A stretch of DNA of 64,000 nt from Paraspadella gotoi. Lineage: Eukaryota; Animalia; Chaetognatha. Of this stretch, positions 1 to 13,075 are shown piece by piece (the stretch's first letter is position 1; each line of letters begins with the position of its first letter). The notes below the pieces were generated by a model that saw only the letters and a program-made list of their open reading frames with translations, was not told the DNA's origin and did not search any database. A program made the position numbers and the translations under genes. The stretch spans positions 22,444,959 to 22,508,958 of the forward strand of contig CM119268.1 in assembly GCA_051294375.1 (NCBI GenBank). Direction: 5' to 3'.

Positions 1-702
1 CCAGAACAAATTAGACTGCTTCTGACGGAAAAATTTTTCGCATCTCTGATTTTATATAGAAAGGAAAGGATTTTTTTCCTGAAAACGACATAAACGTGAC
101 TGAGGTATTGTATCCTGTTCAACAAATAAGTCCAATTTTGTTGAATTCTTGGCAAAAAGTGTCTGAAGGGCTCTCAAAAATTTTTCTTTACATTTTATTA
201 GTATTGTGATTATTGATACGAGTCATGGTAAAAGTGAATATAGTCCATTTTGGTGAAATTTTTATTTAAAGTTAAAAAAGTAAAAGAGGACTTAACGATC
301 GAATTCTAAGAGTTGTTCACCGGAGTCAGATTAGGATAAAATCTCTATGGCGAAAATCTTCCAAAGAAGTTGTGGTGAATTTTCCGAAGATTTTGGTTAT
401 ATTTTCTATATTTATAGTCGGATGTTTTTGGAAACTTAATATTAACAATATTGCCATCATTCTACCTGGCCGTTATAAGAATATATGTAAGAAAACCTCG
501 GGCTTTGTTCGTCAGAGCTTATGTCCTAGGAGAAGGAGGGAGGCCGGTGAAAAACCACCATAACCTGACCAAAGTCAGGACATGAATGCTAAATTCTATA
601 AAAAGTTTGGACATTTCATTTTCAACTTTAGCTTAATTTCTATTTTCTGTCCTTGAACATCTCACTCTCAAGCTCTTAACATCACTCTCTATTCAAACTC
701 AC

Positions 703-3081
703 TCTTCTCCTCATCCAGCATCTTCCCATCAACTGCCTCGACTACATCAGCCTCGATCCCCATCTTCTCCATCNNNNNNNNNNNNNNNNNNNNNNNNNNN
801 NNNNNNNNNNNNNNNNNNNNNNNNNNNNNNNNNNNNNNNNNNNNNNNNNNNNNNNNNNNNNNNNNNNNNNNNNNNNNNNNNNNNNNNNNNNNNNNNNNNN
901 NNNNNNNNNNNNNNNNNNNNNNNNNNNNNNNNNNNNNNGCGATCCAACCCGAGGGTGTCGCGAGGAGGTGGAGGTGGGAGGGTCAGGTGGTTGGAGTGAG
1001 GGGGGAGGGGGCGATCCCAAAAATCGTCGAGGAGAAATTGATTGAAGGAATCTTTTAGAGTCTGAAGATGGAGAGAAAATATAGATTTAAAGTTTAAATC
1101 ATACTATTTATAATTTTTTTAAAAATATTGGCTATTGTGGTCATTGCACGATGCACCTTTAATAAAATATTGTCATCATCCTCACCACAAAAGCCGAATG
1201 ATTTTTCGGATATCTCTAGCTCATTTGCATATTGTAGCATTAAAGATTATGTCTCTTAAATTTTTCATTCGGTTTTCTTAAATGTTTGGTATGATCAATT
1301 CGCCGTTACTTTTAAAAATCATTCATAATCAATTCGTTATCCTTACTACAAAACTCCCAAATTGCCACAACCACCATTTTAATTTATTAGTCCCTAACCT
1401 CCAAAGAAGACTGGACTTCGTCCGGAAATGGGACACGACCGAAAAACTCTTCGTTCGAGACCCAAGGGGGAAGATTGAGGCGACGAGCATTGTAGTTGAA
1501 AGAGATGAGATCGTCTGAAGTGAAAGAGATTAGGAAAGAAAGACAGAAAGATAGCTAGACAGTGCAATACGAACCATTAGAAACGTCGCTCTTAAACGAT
1601 AATTCTTTCGACCTCTCGACATCAACCAGAAATGCTGAATGGACGACGGAACTGAAAGACGCCGATTTTGTTTCGCCTCACGATGTCCACATAATCCTCG
1701 CTGCGGCTGGAAAGTGAAATTAGAGGAAAATGAAAAGACAAGAACTTTTACTTGTTCAATCCGAGAATATGTATTTTTCATCTTTTTAAATGAGTTTTCT
1801 TAATATACGTAACACCAACAGACAGACAGACCGAAAGGATCTCATTTTATGAAATTAAAAATTGGAAGAAAAATTAAGAAGGAAGAAAAGAATATTGTAA
1901 GAAACCTGGAAGAAAATGCTGCGGAGATACTAATTACTAGGACTTGAATCATTGGTCTATCTTTACGAATTTACAGCATAATGACATAATGTACTTCTTA
2001 TTTTCACACAATAAATCTCGATTTAACATTAAAATGAACTTTCGCAATCTCACCGATAGTAAAATCTTTCGTCGAAATCGCCCCAGAAATTCGAGTAAAG
2101 TGACCAACGTGAAGGTGAGGCTGTCAGAAGCGGAGCAATCACTGCCTTTCGATGTGAAATCAGCTTCGTCAATACTGAAGGGAAAATATTAAAATAAATT
2201 ATAAATAATATTATTATCGGACGCTCGATTTAATGATAAACAACAGACAATTTAACCGGATGGATTTCGTACGATGACATCGGAATCGAGATAAAAGACG
2301 AAATTGATTCCCTTTTGTCTCGCAAATTCCAGCGCCGCCTCGCGATGAACCGTGATCGTTGAAAATCTATGGATGTTGACAAAAGACAGATTGTAAAATT
2401 AAACTGTTTATTATAACATTTACATTAGAATGGACTGTGACAGTTTATTATGTTATTATCTTGTAAAAGGGATGGAGGTCTTAAAACTCCATAAGCCATA
2501 GCCTGTCTTAAGCTAAGGAGCTTCACAGAGCTTAGACTTTCACTTGCATAATATAACAGTAATACAAACAACCAATTAATCCCAATGAGACATTGCAAAG
2601 CAGACCTCTCTTCGGTCCAGTCATTGAGCCCTCGCTCTCCGATGTAACCCTTTGGCGAATCATCCACGATCGCATTGACCTCAGCGTAGAATTGAGACAC
2701 ATGCTTCAACCATTGATTTAATAGATCTGCAATACCGTGAAGTTAAGGTTGTATGTACAATAGTACAATGTACGTAAAACTATGAGTTCCTACTATTCAA
2801 GCTCCTTTCCTCCGGCGACCTACTTGTGGAGTCGTCGACGCTGTGGTCGCATCTGACGAAGAGGCTCGTCCTTGCTCTCGGATGTTGAAGAGAGTCGAGG
2901 CCTCCGAGGAAGTGGGGGAGGGTGTGGCCTTTGTTGCGGACGAGGATGACGAGGAGGACGGAAGGAGGAGGAGGAGGAGTGGAGGATGCGACGGACTCTC
3001 CTTTGGACATTTTCGTCTTTCGCGACAAAAGTCAGAATCGGCGTCCACAGAAAAAGTCAAGAATATTGTGTGATGGACCAT
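703..3081 (-). CDS. COLGALT: Procollagen galactosyltransferase (COLGALT/GLT25D, GT25 family); multi-exon, 3' part unresolved or outside window, at least two frameshifts
   Basis: Minus-strand exons translate to PSVLLVILVRNKGHTLPHFLGGLDSLQHPRARTSLFVRCDHSVDDS, YIGERGLNDWTEER, REAALEFARQKGINFVFYLDSDVIVRNP, KAVIAPLL..LYSNFWG, DDLISFNYNARRLNLP..NEEFFG, PPPRDTLGLD and IEADVVEAVDGK. These are colinear with COLGALT1 motifs, with GT-AG boundaries. Confidence 0.88.
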
Positions 3082-3998
3082 TCATGGCTCCTGTTTCGTT
3101 CATGGCGGGACGCTTCCTCAAGTGACCATGTAAGATCAAAGAAATTGTATTCGTTACACTTAAGACAAAAAATTACTTCTTAAGGAGTTGATAAAGAGTT
3201 GAAAAATAATGGTTTGAAGTTTCGTGCGTGTCGTAGCGGGACTGAGAAACCGGTTTAAACAGGCAACAGTCCGAAAAAGCCATTAGCTACTAAATTCGTT
3301 GCGAGATATTATACCTTTTTTCAAATTAGTTTCGCTTATCAAAATTGTGTTTCTTGTGTTACGCTAATAGGTTAATTAAAAGAATATATTTTGGTCAACC
3401 TTAAAGACTAATGCAAAAGTAGTTAGTACTCAGCTTTGGTTAGCTTAGTTTAGCCTTGAATCTTAATTATGGTCAACCTTTCCTTTTTCATGCGCAAAAT
3501 AAGAAAATGAGCAATGATGAAACTAATATTTATTTCAATTTGACGTCAAAAACGGTAAAATAATGAAGTTACAAATGAGGTTTACAAGACAACAAAGAAT
3601 TTTACATTTCGTAGTCTCTCATTGTTAGTGCGATAATGAATTAATGATACCGATCGGGGAGTTTTTTTTAAAAATTCCTTAAAAGCAACCAAAAATGTTA
3701 CAATAAATAACTTTGTACGAGAGTTGTTTGCTAATTACTAATTAGGAGTTAATCCAGGGATCAAAATCTATAAATTTATAACAATAATCAATAAAACCAA
3801 GAGTAAAACGTAAAAAATAAAGGAGTGGTGACTTAAATAAATATCAAATGGCAAAAAGTCATAAAAAAGACGAAGTTAGACAAGTTTTCCTTAAATAATA
3901 CGTAATTTCATGTAAAAATTCTTTTCTTTGCCATGCTATCAACGACTAATAACAAGTGAAGCAGCAAGCAAAGTTTTCCAAGTCAAAGCATACTAGTT

Positions 3999-6951
3999 TT
4001 ACCCCAATACTTCCCCCAAAACTGATTGGCCTTCCTCCAAAGAGACGATGGCCTGCCCGCCCTCTGGATTCTCCATCGTTACTCTCAAATTCCCCTCGAC
4101 AGGCAACAGAACCACTAACGCCCTCTTCCCGTCTTCAGTTGTAGTCATTCCTTGATGCGACACGACGAATTGGATTGGCTGATAGCGATGGATAACGCCG
4201 CCGTGAGGACAGCACTTGTCGCAGGAGCTGGAGCTGGAGCCGACGCAACAATTCGCGCAACAACGAATGCAGGACCCGTCCTAAATGATCGATTTAAAAA
4301 TTATTGTTTCAAATAGATCGTTGTTGAATTCATTTCAAACTTTTCTCTAAATCGAAACGAAAGGATTACAATGTCAAATAAATTACATAAAATCGAAATC
4401 ATAATCCGTAAATTCAAGTCCATACAATGATGTATTAAAATAAAACAAAAATGAAGCGTGAAATTCGAAAGTTTTCGCGCTCCTATAGTCAAATAAGTCA
4501 AATAATTAACAATTAACAAACAGACGCATTAAATACTGAAATGAAATATTGTAAGGTTAATTATTTCGCTACCTTGTGCAATGCAGTCGAAGCCAAGATC
4601 ACGCCCCAAACGCTCATGGTGAAATGATAGATGGCGAATAGCAAAATGATTCCGTTAAGCGATATCAGCGTCGACACGTACATGTCCTCGTTTGGCGGGT
4701 AGTACCAGTCGCATTCCGTGTGATTATATCCCCATCTGTCCATTTTTGTCGTACAGTTTTCCTCGGGGGGAAGCTAGAGTGTGTAAAACGTACTATTTTA
4801 GTAATAAATTAGTATTACCCGATCTAGTACTTCAGGTATTTTTTCTTTTATACATTTGAAAGCCAGGTTCTCTAGAGAGAGTCTTGTAGTTAATTGAAAG
4901 CTTGCAAGGTCCTGCTATGTTATTATCTTTTAAGAGGGATGAAGACTAACCCACCATAGGCATAGCCTGTCCATAATTGAACTTCAAGTTCTCTCAAAAA
5001 AATTTCTTTTTTCCTTTAACTACTAAATCGATTTTCAATGAAACTTTTGAATTAGTTCATTGGGTTGTTGCACTCAAGCTTTTAAATATTTATTAATATA
5101 TAACAAAAGACAAAAATTTTTAAAAATTATATTTTTTAAGAACGGATTCCTATAGAGCTTGAAAAGTTAAATGAAAGTTAGTACTACATTTTTTAAAAAT
5201 TTTGACAATAAATTAGTTAAAAATAGAAAAAACCTTAAAAAATCATCATCATCATTGGCTGAATTTTATAGTTTTTTAAAATTTTCATTAATAAAACAAA
5301 AAAATTTAAAAAGTTGTATTAATAACCTTTATCTAACTTTTAAAGCTCTGTCAGAATCTATTAAAAAAAAATTGAAAAATTGAAAAAGATTTTTTAACTT
5401 TATATAGTAATAAAATAATCTTTAAATGCTTCCCGTGCGCTTATCAATAAACTAAATTTTAAAAATTATTTTCATTTTCATATTCTCTAACAGTCACTTA
5501 ACTATTATTTATTTGAGAGAACTTCTAGTTTTCAACCTGTTCCGACCTACTGTCCAAAGTCAGGGGCCAGATAAGTTTGTTCCTTGTATGAACGTATAAT
5601 TTTATATTAGTTGTACCAATTTCGGAGATAACTTTACATAGTCTACAATGGCCCACCTTCATATCCACATCGTATCGACTGATCGCAAAACACGCCCCGC
5701 CTCCTTCCAAAAACGAAATCACGCAGCAAAAGATCGATAAACATAGAAAGATGATGATTTGCCCGTTGTTTCCAGTGGCGGCGGCCGATATTGCCGTCAC
5801 GCCCACAATGACGTAAAACGGCGCCGCGAAGATGGCCATCCCGCTCGTCTGCGACATCCGCTCGTTAGCGTAGCCGACGCCGTAGACGAAGACGCAAATG
5901 GCGGCGATGTTGACGGTCGCTGAAGTGAGGCCGGTGGCGATTTGGGTGACCCCGTTGAATCTTACGGCGAATGTGGCCAGGGCGGGGTTGGGGTTCTTAG
6001 AGAGGGAGAATTAAGATATCAATAATTTAATTAATTAAGTACAATCATTAACCGATACCATATGGAAATCTTCATCGGTAAAAGCTCCGCCATGCTCGTC
6101 CAGTCTTGCCCAGTAGATCGAAAGGGAACAGAGAAAGATTCCCCAAAAAATGAGCAAAGTTTCGACGAAAGCGGAAATAAAAGAAACTGCGAAAAGAGTG
6201 ACAAAGACGGGGAACTGCCAACGCTCATCGGATCCGTAACCGTACAGTTGGTGACGATCTATGCTCATGAGGGCGAATCCTGGGAAAGAGAATGAAAATG
6301 ACCGACATAAATAATTATAAATTACCTTAATTCCATTATAAATCATTAAATCCTCTCCTACCCTTTCTGTTCAGTCCTTTAGATATTTGATTTTTTCAAT
6401 AAATGACTTCCTTTCTTATTAGAAAATAAGAGCGAAAAGTATTTTTTTTAACCATGTGTTGTATAGATGCTCCCTCTATTTCCAGAAGAACTAACATCCC
6501 TCTCCCTATTACATTAGTAAATATGCAATAATTAAATCTAATACTTTTGGGAAATATAATAAACTTTTATATTCGTTTTAAAATTTAGTCTAATATAAAA
6601 AATGCCAATGAGAATGATAAAGGTTCCCAAATCCGGATGCTTCGTACCGATAATGATGACATTCGCAATGTTCAAAATCAACGACATGACGTTTAAAGTC
6701 AAAGCGACGACGATGGCGCACGACTTCCGTCCTGCGGCCGCCACGCGCATCAAAATCCCGGTCACGATGTAAAAGACTCCGGCCCAAACGCCGGGACTCA
6801 TCCACTGAGATTGAACTAACATTTTCTCGATGGCCAAACCGAGAACGAGAGTGGCGAGATTGAAGACAATGCAAATGGCGCCGAAGACGATTTGCAGATG
6901 GCCAGTCCTTTTGGCCGCGGGGGCGAGGAAAAATACATTTACTTTCCCCAT
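3999..6951 (-). CDS. Double CD20/MS4A-like membrane protein (8 predicted TM), paralog A, 5 exons
   Basis: Exon 1 GHLQIVFG..PGVWAGVFYIVTG and exon 3 GVTQIATG..GMAIFAAPFYVIVG both match the CD20/MS4A TM1-TM2 pattern. Exons 2 and 4 supply TM4 and TM8. The tail is Cys-rich (CIRCCANCC..CDKCC) and needs one frameshift near the end. Confidence 0.72.
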
Positions 6952-7331
6952 TCTGTCCCCGCGGGGGAATGTTTGATATTCTTACACTGGAAAGAAAAAA
7001 AAATTTCTTGAAGTAAAAACCAAATGCTACAAAAAATATTAAAGCAAGTTAATTTCAACAAACAAATTGTATTTTTGTCATAAATATCAAAAGTTTAAAT
7101 GTAAATCAATTACAACCGGAGGCACATTTTAGGTAAATCGTGACGAAATTGTTCAAACACTTTCCAGATGTTATTGCCACCCTGTGATTAATCTAAATTC
7201 TTTCAAAGTAGGTGCTCCAAAAATAAGCACTTTACAAATCAGCATCATGCAATATACATTATACGAGCATGGGACATTTTTTCCATTAAAGTTTACTCAA
7301 AAAAGCTGGCATGCAAACCAAACATGTCCTT

Positions 7332-9532
7332 TTATGTGACAATGGCTTTAGACTTTATTCCAGCTTGTCCTTCTCCCAATGACACGACCGCTTCACCGCC
7401 TTCTGCCTTTTCCATTGCCACATTCATGTTATCGTTCATCGGCAGCAAAACGACCAAGGCCTGTTGGCCATCCGCCGTTGTGGTCATTCCTTGATGCTGG
7501 ACCACGAATTGGATCGGCTGGTAATGAGCCGTTGGAGCGGCGGCCGCCCCAGGCAAGCAGCATCGCTCGCAGGCTTCAGATGTCAAAGGGGCGCAGTTGC
7601 TGCAACCGATGCAGCAGTTGCTGCAGAATCGAATACAAGTTTGGTCCTAAAACGGAAAAGATTAGTATAATATAAAGGTCAAACTAACAGCTATCTCATA
7701 TGGCCAACAAATATATAGTACCTAAAAATGAGAAGTAAATTTACAGAAAAATACAAATAAGAAAAAATAAACTATTATAATAAACTAAAATACTAATTAA
7801 ATTCAAACGCTTCTATTATCTACCTTGTGCAGTGCCATTGATCCAATAACGACTCCCCAAATGCTCATTCCCAAATGAAACAATGCCATGAGCAAAACGA
7901 CGGCGTGCAGAGAGACAAGAAGGGGTAAATAGCGATCGGCATTTGGCGCAGACACCCTGTTGCATTCCGTGCGGTTGTTGCCCCAACGGTCCGGTTTTGT
8001 CACGCACTCTTTTACTGGTGCCACCTTTATCAAGAGGGAGTAAACAATGAACTAATAACTATATATATAGCAAAGCCAGAAAATTTAATTTTAACTAAAC
8101 CCAAGTAGTATTATATTATATTACTTTACAAACTTTAATTATTTGAAGAGCTATAAAAGTTTAAAAAATTAACAATTTATTAAATCGTTCGCGCACCTTC
8201 ATCTCGAAATCCGCCTGACTCAGAGCGTAGCAAGATCCGCCGCCTTCCAGAAAGGCGATCAGGCAGCAAAAGGTCGACAGGCAAAGAAAAGCGACGATTC
8301 GCCTGTTGCTGCTAGTGGAGGCGGATGTGACGGCGAAGTAGCCCGTCATGATGAAAAAGGGCGCGGCGATGATGGCCGTCCCGTTCGTCTGCCCCATGTG
8401 TTCGCCGGTGTGGTTGAGGCAGTTGACGAAAATGCAAATGGCGGCGATGTTGACGCCGGCGGAGACGAGAGCGGAACCGATTTGAGCGACGCCGTTGACT
8501 CTGGCGGACATCGTGGCGAAGGCGTGGTTGAAGGATTCCTAGCGGATAAAAAATTAGAATGAAAAAAAATATAAACCGTTTAAAAGTTAGTAGAAAAGTT
8601 TGTGTCCCTTAAAATTATTGCCTCTCTGATTCCTGAATCCAATAATGCCTCGTGCTCACAAAATTATTGTTACTTGAGTTCAACACCGTTTAATTCAATA
8701 ATATCAAAAAATATTGCATTTGATTTTCAAAATTAATAATACCCAAAAATCCAAAATTACTCTATATATTGATATAAACTAGAAATTAATATTAACTTCT
8801 TGAAACTTGTTATTGAAAAAAAAAATTACAATTTTTTTCATTCTCTCCCAGCGCCGCACCTTCATCTGCTTGGTGCCTTCCGCCGTCTCCTTTTCCACGG
8901 CGCCGCGGTCGGCCAGACGCCTCCAATAGATGGCCTCAGAGGTGAGGACCACGCCCCGGATGAGGAGGACCGTCTCCACAAAGGCGAAGACGAGTGACAC
9001 GGAGAAGAGAGACACGTAGACGGGATAGCGCCAAGTATGGTAACCGTTCCAACCGTGGAAACGGTGACGGTCTTCGCTTAGAATAGAGATTCCTGATTTG
9101 AGAGAAAATAGGTATTTATTGAGTTCATGTCATTGATAAATTCACCAGACGTAAGTTTTTTTAAATTAATTGCACGGCATATTTCAAAGTGGCAATTTCA
9201 ACCCTCGCCCTATTTTTCCCATACGAACCCATAACAATGACGTGGGCGACGTTTAAAATCCCGGAGACAACGTTCAACGTCAGCGCGGAGACGATGAGAC
9301 ACGTGGTTCGCCCTCTTCCGGCCACGAGGGTAACGACGCCGGTAGCGACGTAAAAGATGCCGGCCCAAATTCCCGGTCCCGTCCGCTGAGGTTGGTCGAG
9401 CCAATCGTGAGCTACAGCCATGACGACGAGAATGGCGGCGTTGAAGACGATGCAGACTGCGCCGACGAAGATCTGGAGCGCGCCGTTTTTTCGCGCCGCG
9501 GCGTCGTCAAAATAGACGTTGACTCGACCCAT
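7332..9532 (-). CDS. Double CD20/MS4A-like membrane protein (8 predicted TM), paralog B, 5 exons
   Basis: Same exon structure as paralog A: [54 protein letters not shown] loop, and C-terminal YQPIQFVVQHQGMTTT shared with A. Confidence 0.72.
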
Positions 9533-10449
9533 TTTTGAAGGCCGATTTAATCCCGATTGATAGTTTCTTATGAGGTACAATATACACCAATCAACAAACT
9601 ACTCCGATATCACCGTAGATTCACTAAACTTTATGTCTGCGAAGGTAAAAAAATATGAAATTACTTGAAAAAGGATATGAAATTAGAACTAATGAACGGG
9701 ATATCACGACAATTATCGTTGGATATGAGACATTGGACTTTGGACGTTAGACATTGGACATTCTCGATAACTGCGAAATATTGAGTAATAAGGACACGTC
9801 AGAGTTTAAATTTAATTCACTCAGAGCTAAAAACAGAATCATGAACATCATCTCTCTCTCTCTCTCTCACACACACTCACTATTTCTCTCTTTCTACGTC
9901 ATTTTAAATATCATTTTTTAAATTTTCTCTTTGTTCGAAGATTATTCACCGAATTTATTTCAACATGATAGAAAAAATCAAACGAAATATTGTTAAAACG
10001 TTGAATTAAACTCAAAAGAACGAATTGGCGATATTAATACATCTTTAGCTTTTTTTTTTATGATTTATATTTCTTTGTTCTGATCCAGAATTTTCCATCC
10101 TGTTTCTTAAAAATTTTGTTCTTTTGTTTCTCAAATCTGTTTTCTTGTTTTCTATCAGTTAATTGCAGATGACAGGAATGATAATGGGCATCTTTAAAGA
10201 AAACAAAATAACAACTTTTAATAAGCATTAACATTACAAAATTTTGGCAATATCTTTTAAAATTTAACTCTTTATTTTCTTCTAATAATCGATCACTTTC
10301 AGGTTTGATTATTATTATTTAACCAAATTTTTAAATCGTAAGTTTTATTAAAATATAAAGCAACAGTAAATCATGCTACAAATTATATACATATCAAGTC
10401 AGAGGAACACTTATATGCTGGCGCTTCTCCATAACACTTGAATTATATT

Positions 10450-12996
10450 TTAAAATCCTTTAAAAGTCATCTCCTCCTCCTCCTCCTCCTCCTCGTCACA
10501 ACAACAACAACTTTGACAACACTTCCTCCTCTCGAACGCCTTCAGAAATCTCTCCACTCTTCCTTCAATCCACTCTCCAGCCGCTCGTCCACCCCGGACG
10601 CAGAAGCCGCAGCATCCGTCGCGGCAGCTGTCACAAGATTTACTGCATTTTTGGCAAGATTTGCGGCAGTTTTCGCAACCGCAGTTGTCGCAGCCACTGC
10701 CGCAACCGCCGCAGTCAAACCAGCCGCGACATCGTCTCTTCAACGACTCAAGCCCGCCTCGCCGCTCCAGCAGCGCCAGCGTCGACAGGAAGATGGAGAA
10801 GCAGAGCAGCAAAACGCAGACGACGATGACGGCGACGTAGTTGTTGTTGTTGTCATCTCCGTATTTCGGTCTGGAAAGAAAATAGTGAGAGAGGAGAAGA
10901 ATATTGAGAATATTTAAAATTAGAACATACAATTGAGAAAACGACATCCTCCTACTATCCCCGCCTACCTCTATAGCGAATACAATACTACGCAATACTG
11001 CAATTGAATATCTAATTATTATTCGGAAAACTGAATCATTTAAAGTATTTGTAAAATAATAAAATAAAACATCTGGACAAACCGAATAAATAAATATTCG
11101 AATAATCTGAAATACTGCAATATGCAAATGAGACTTGAGGAACGCAAAATCAAAATTTCTATGCTTCGCCAGCCCAACCATCAATCTACCTGACGATCGT
11201 GCCGTTAAGGTCGGGCACGTGACCCAAACCGACCGTCACGCGATTCGACGCCTCGCCTCTGTTTCCGGCTTCGTCCAAGGCGACGACGACGATGCTGAAG
11301 ACACCGAAGACGCCTTCGTCGTTGTTGTTGGAGTCTTTGAGGCGGACGACGAGGCGTTCGAAGCCGCCGACTGGCGAGGGCGTCTTCGTCACGACTCGAG
11401 TCCTGGAATGTTTCCATTAATTGATTCAATGCTAGATTCGTTTATCTATATTTATTTTTGTATTCATCAATTCTTTTATCTATTTATGCATTCATTCATT
11501 CAGTAGTTAGTTCCTTTATATGTTAATTCGTTCATTCATTCATTCCTTCAATTCATTCATTCTACTATCCATACATTTTTTTATTCACTCTTTCCTTCAT
11601 TTATTCATTCCTTAAATACTTACCTATCCATCAATCCATCCATCCATCCATCCATCATCCGTCTCTCCCTCCCTACTAGTCCATCCATCATCCATCCATC
11701 CATCTCTCCATCCATCCATCCATCCTCCATCCCTCCCTACATCCATCCATCCATCCATCCATCCCTCCCGACATCCATCCATCCATTCCATCCCTCTCAG
11801 ACATCCATCCATCCATCCCTCCATCCATCCGTCCCTCCCTCCCTACATCCATCCACTTCCATCCCTCCCTACATCCATCCATCCATCTCCATCCATCCAT
11901 CCGTCCTACCTCCCTACATCCATCATCCATCCCTACATCCCTCCCTCCCTTCCTCTACATCCCTCCCTCCATCCATCATCCATCCATCCATCCCATCCCT
12001 CCCTACATCCCTCCCTCCCTTCCTCCTTACATCCCTCCCTCCATCCATCCATCCATCCATCCCTCCCTACATCCATCCATCCATCCCTACATCCCTCCCT
12101 CCTCTCCACATCCCTCCCTCCATCCTCCATCCATCCATCCTCCCTACATCCCTCCCTCCTTCCATCCTTACATCCTCCTCCATCCATCATCCATCCATCC
12201 CTCCCTACATCCATCCATCCATCCCTACATCCCTCCTCCCTTCCTCCCTACATCCCTCCCCCTATCCATCCATCCATCCATCCATCCATCCTCCTACTCC
12301 CTCCCCTCCCACATCCATCCTCCATCCATCCTCACATCCATCGCTCCCTCCATCCATCCATCCATCCTTCCTCCTCCTCCTACTCCCTCCTTCCCTCCCT
12401 TACATCCTCCTCCATCCATCCCATCCATCCATCCCTCCCTACATCCATCCATCCATCCATCCTCCATCCCTCCCTACATCCCTCCCTCCCTTTCTCCTTA
12501 CATCCCTCCCTCTATCCACCATCCATCCATCCATCCATCCATCCATCCATCCATCCATCCATCCTCCATCCATCCATCCATCCGTCCCTCCTCCCTACAT
12601 CCATCCATCCATCGTCCATCCGTCCCTCCCCCTACATCCTCCATCCATCCGATCCATCCCTCCCTCATCCATCCTCCATCCATCCATCCTCATCCCTCCC
12701 TCCCTTCCTCCTACATTCCTCCCTCCATCCCTCCCTCCATCCATCCATCCCTCACCTCCCTTCCTCCCTCATTTACCTCCCCTCCTCCTCATCTCTTATC
12801 TCCACTTCGTATCTCATCGGTTCCCCTTCGTCCCAATCGTCGCCAGTCCTTCTCCATCTCAGCCTCGCTTCCCCAGTCGCTCGCCAGGTGGCTTCCACCG
12901 TCAACCGTCTCACGGCCGCGGGAGGTGACGCGTCCACGCCCGCGCGGAGACGAGCGTCCACGACGTGAGAGGGCGTGGAGGGAGGGGTAAATTAGT

Positions 12997-13075
<79 letters not shown>

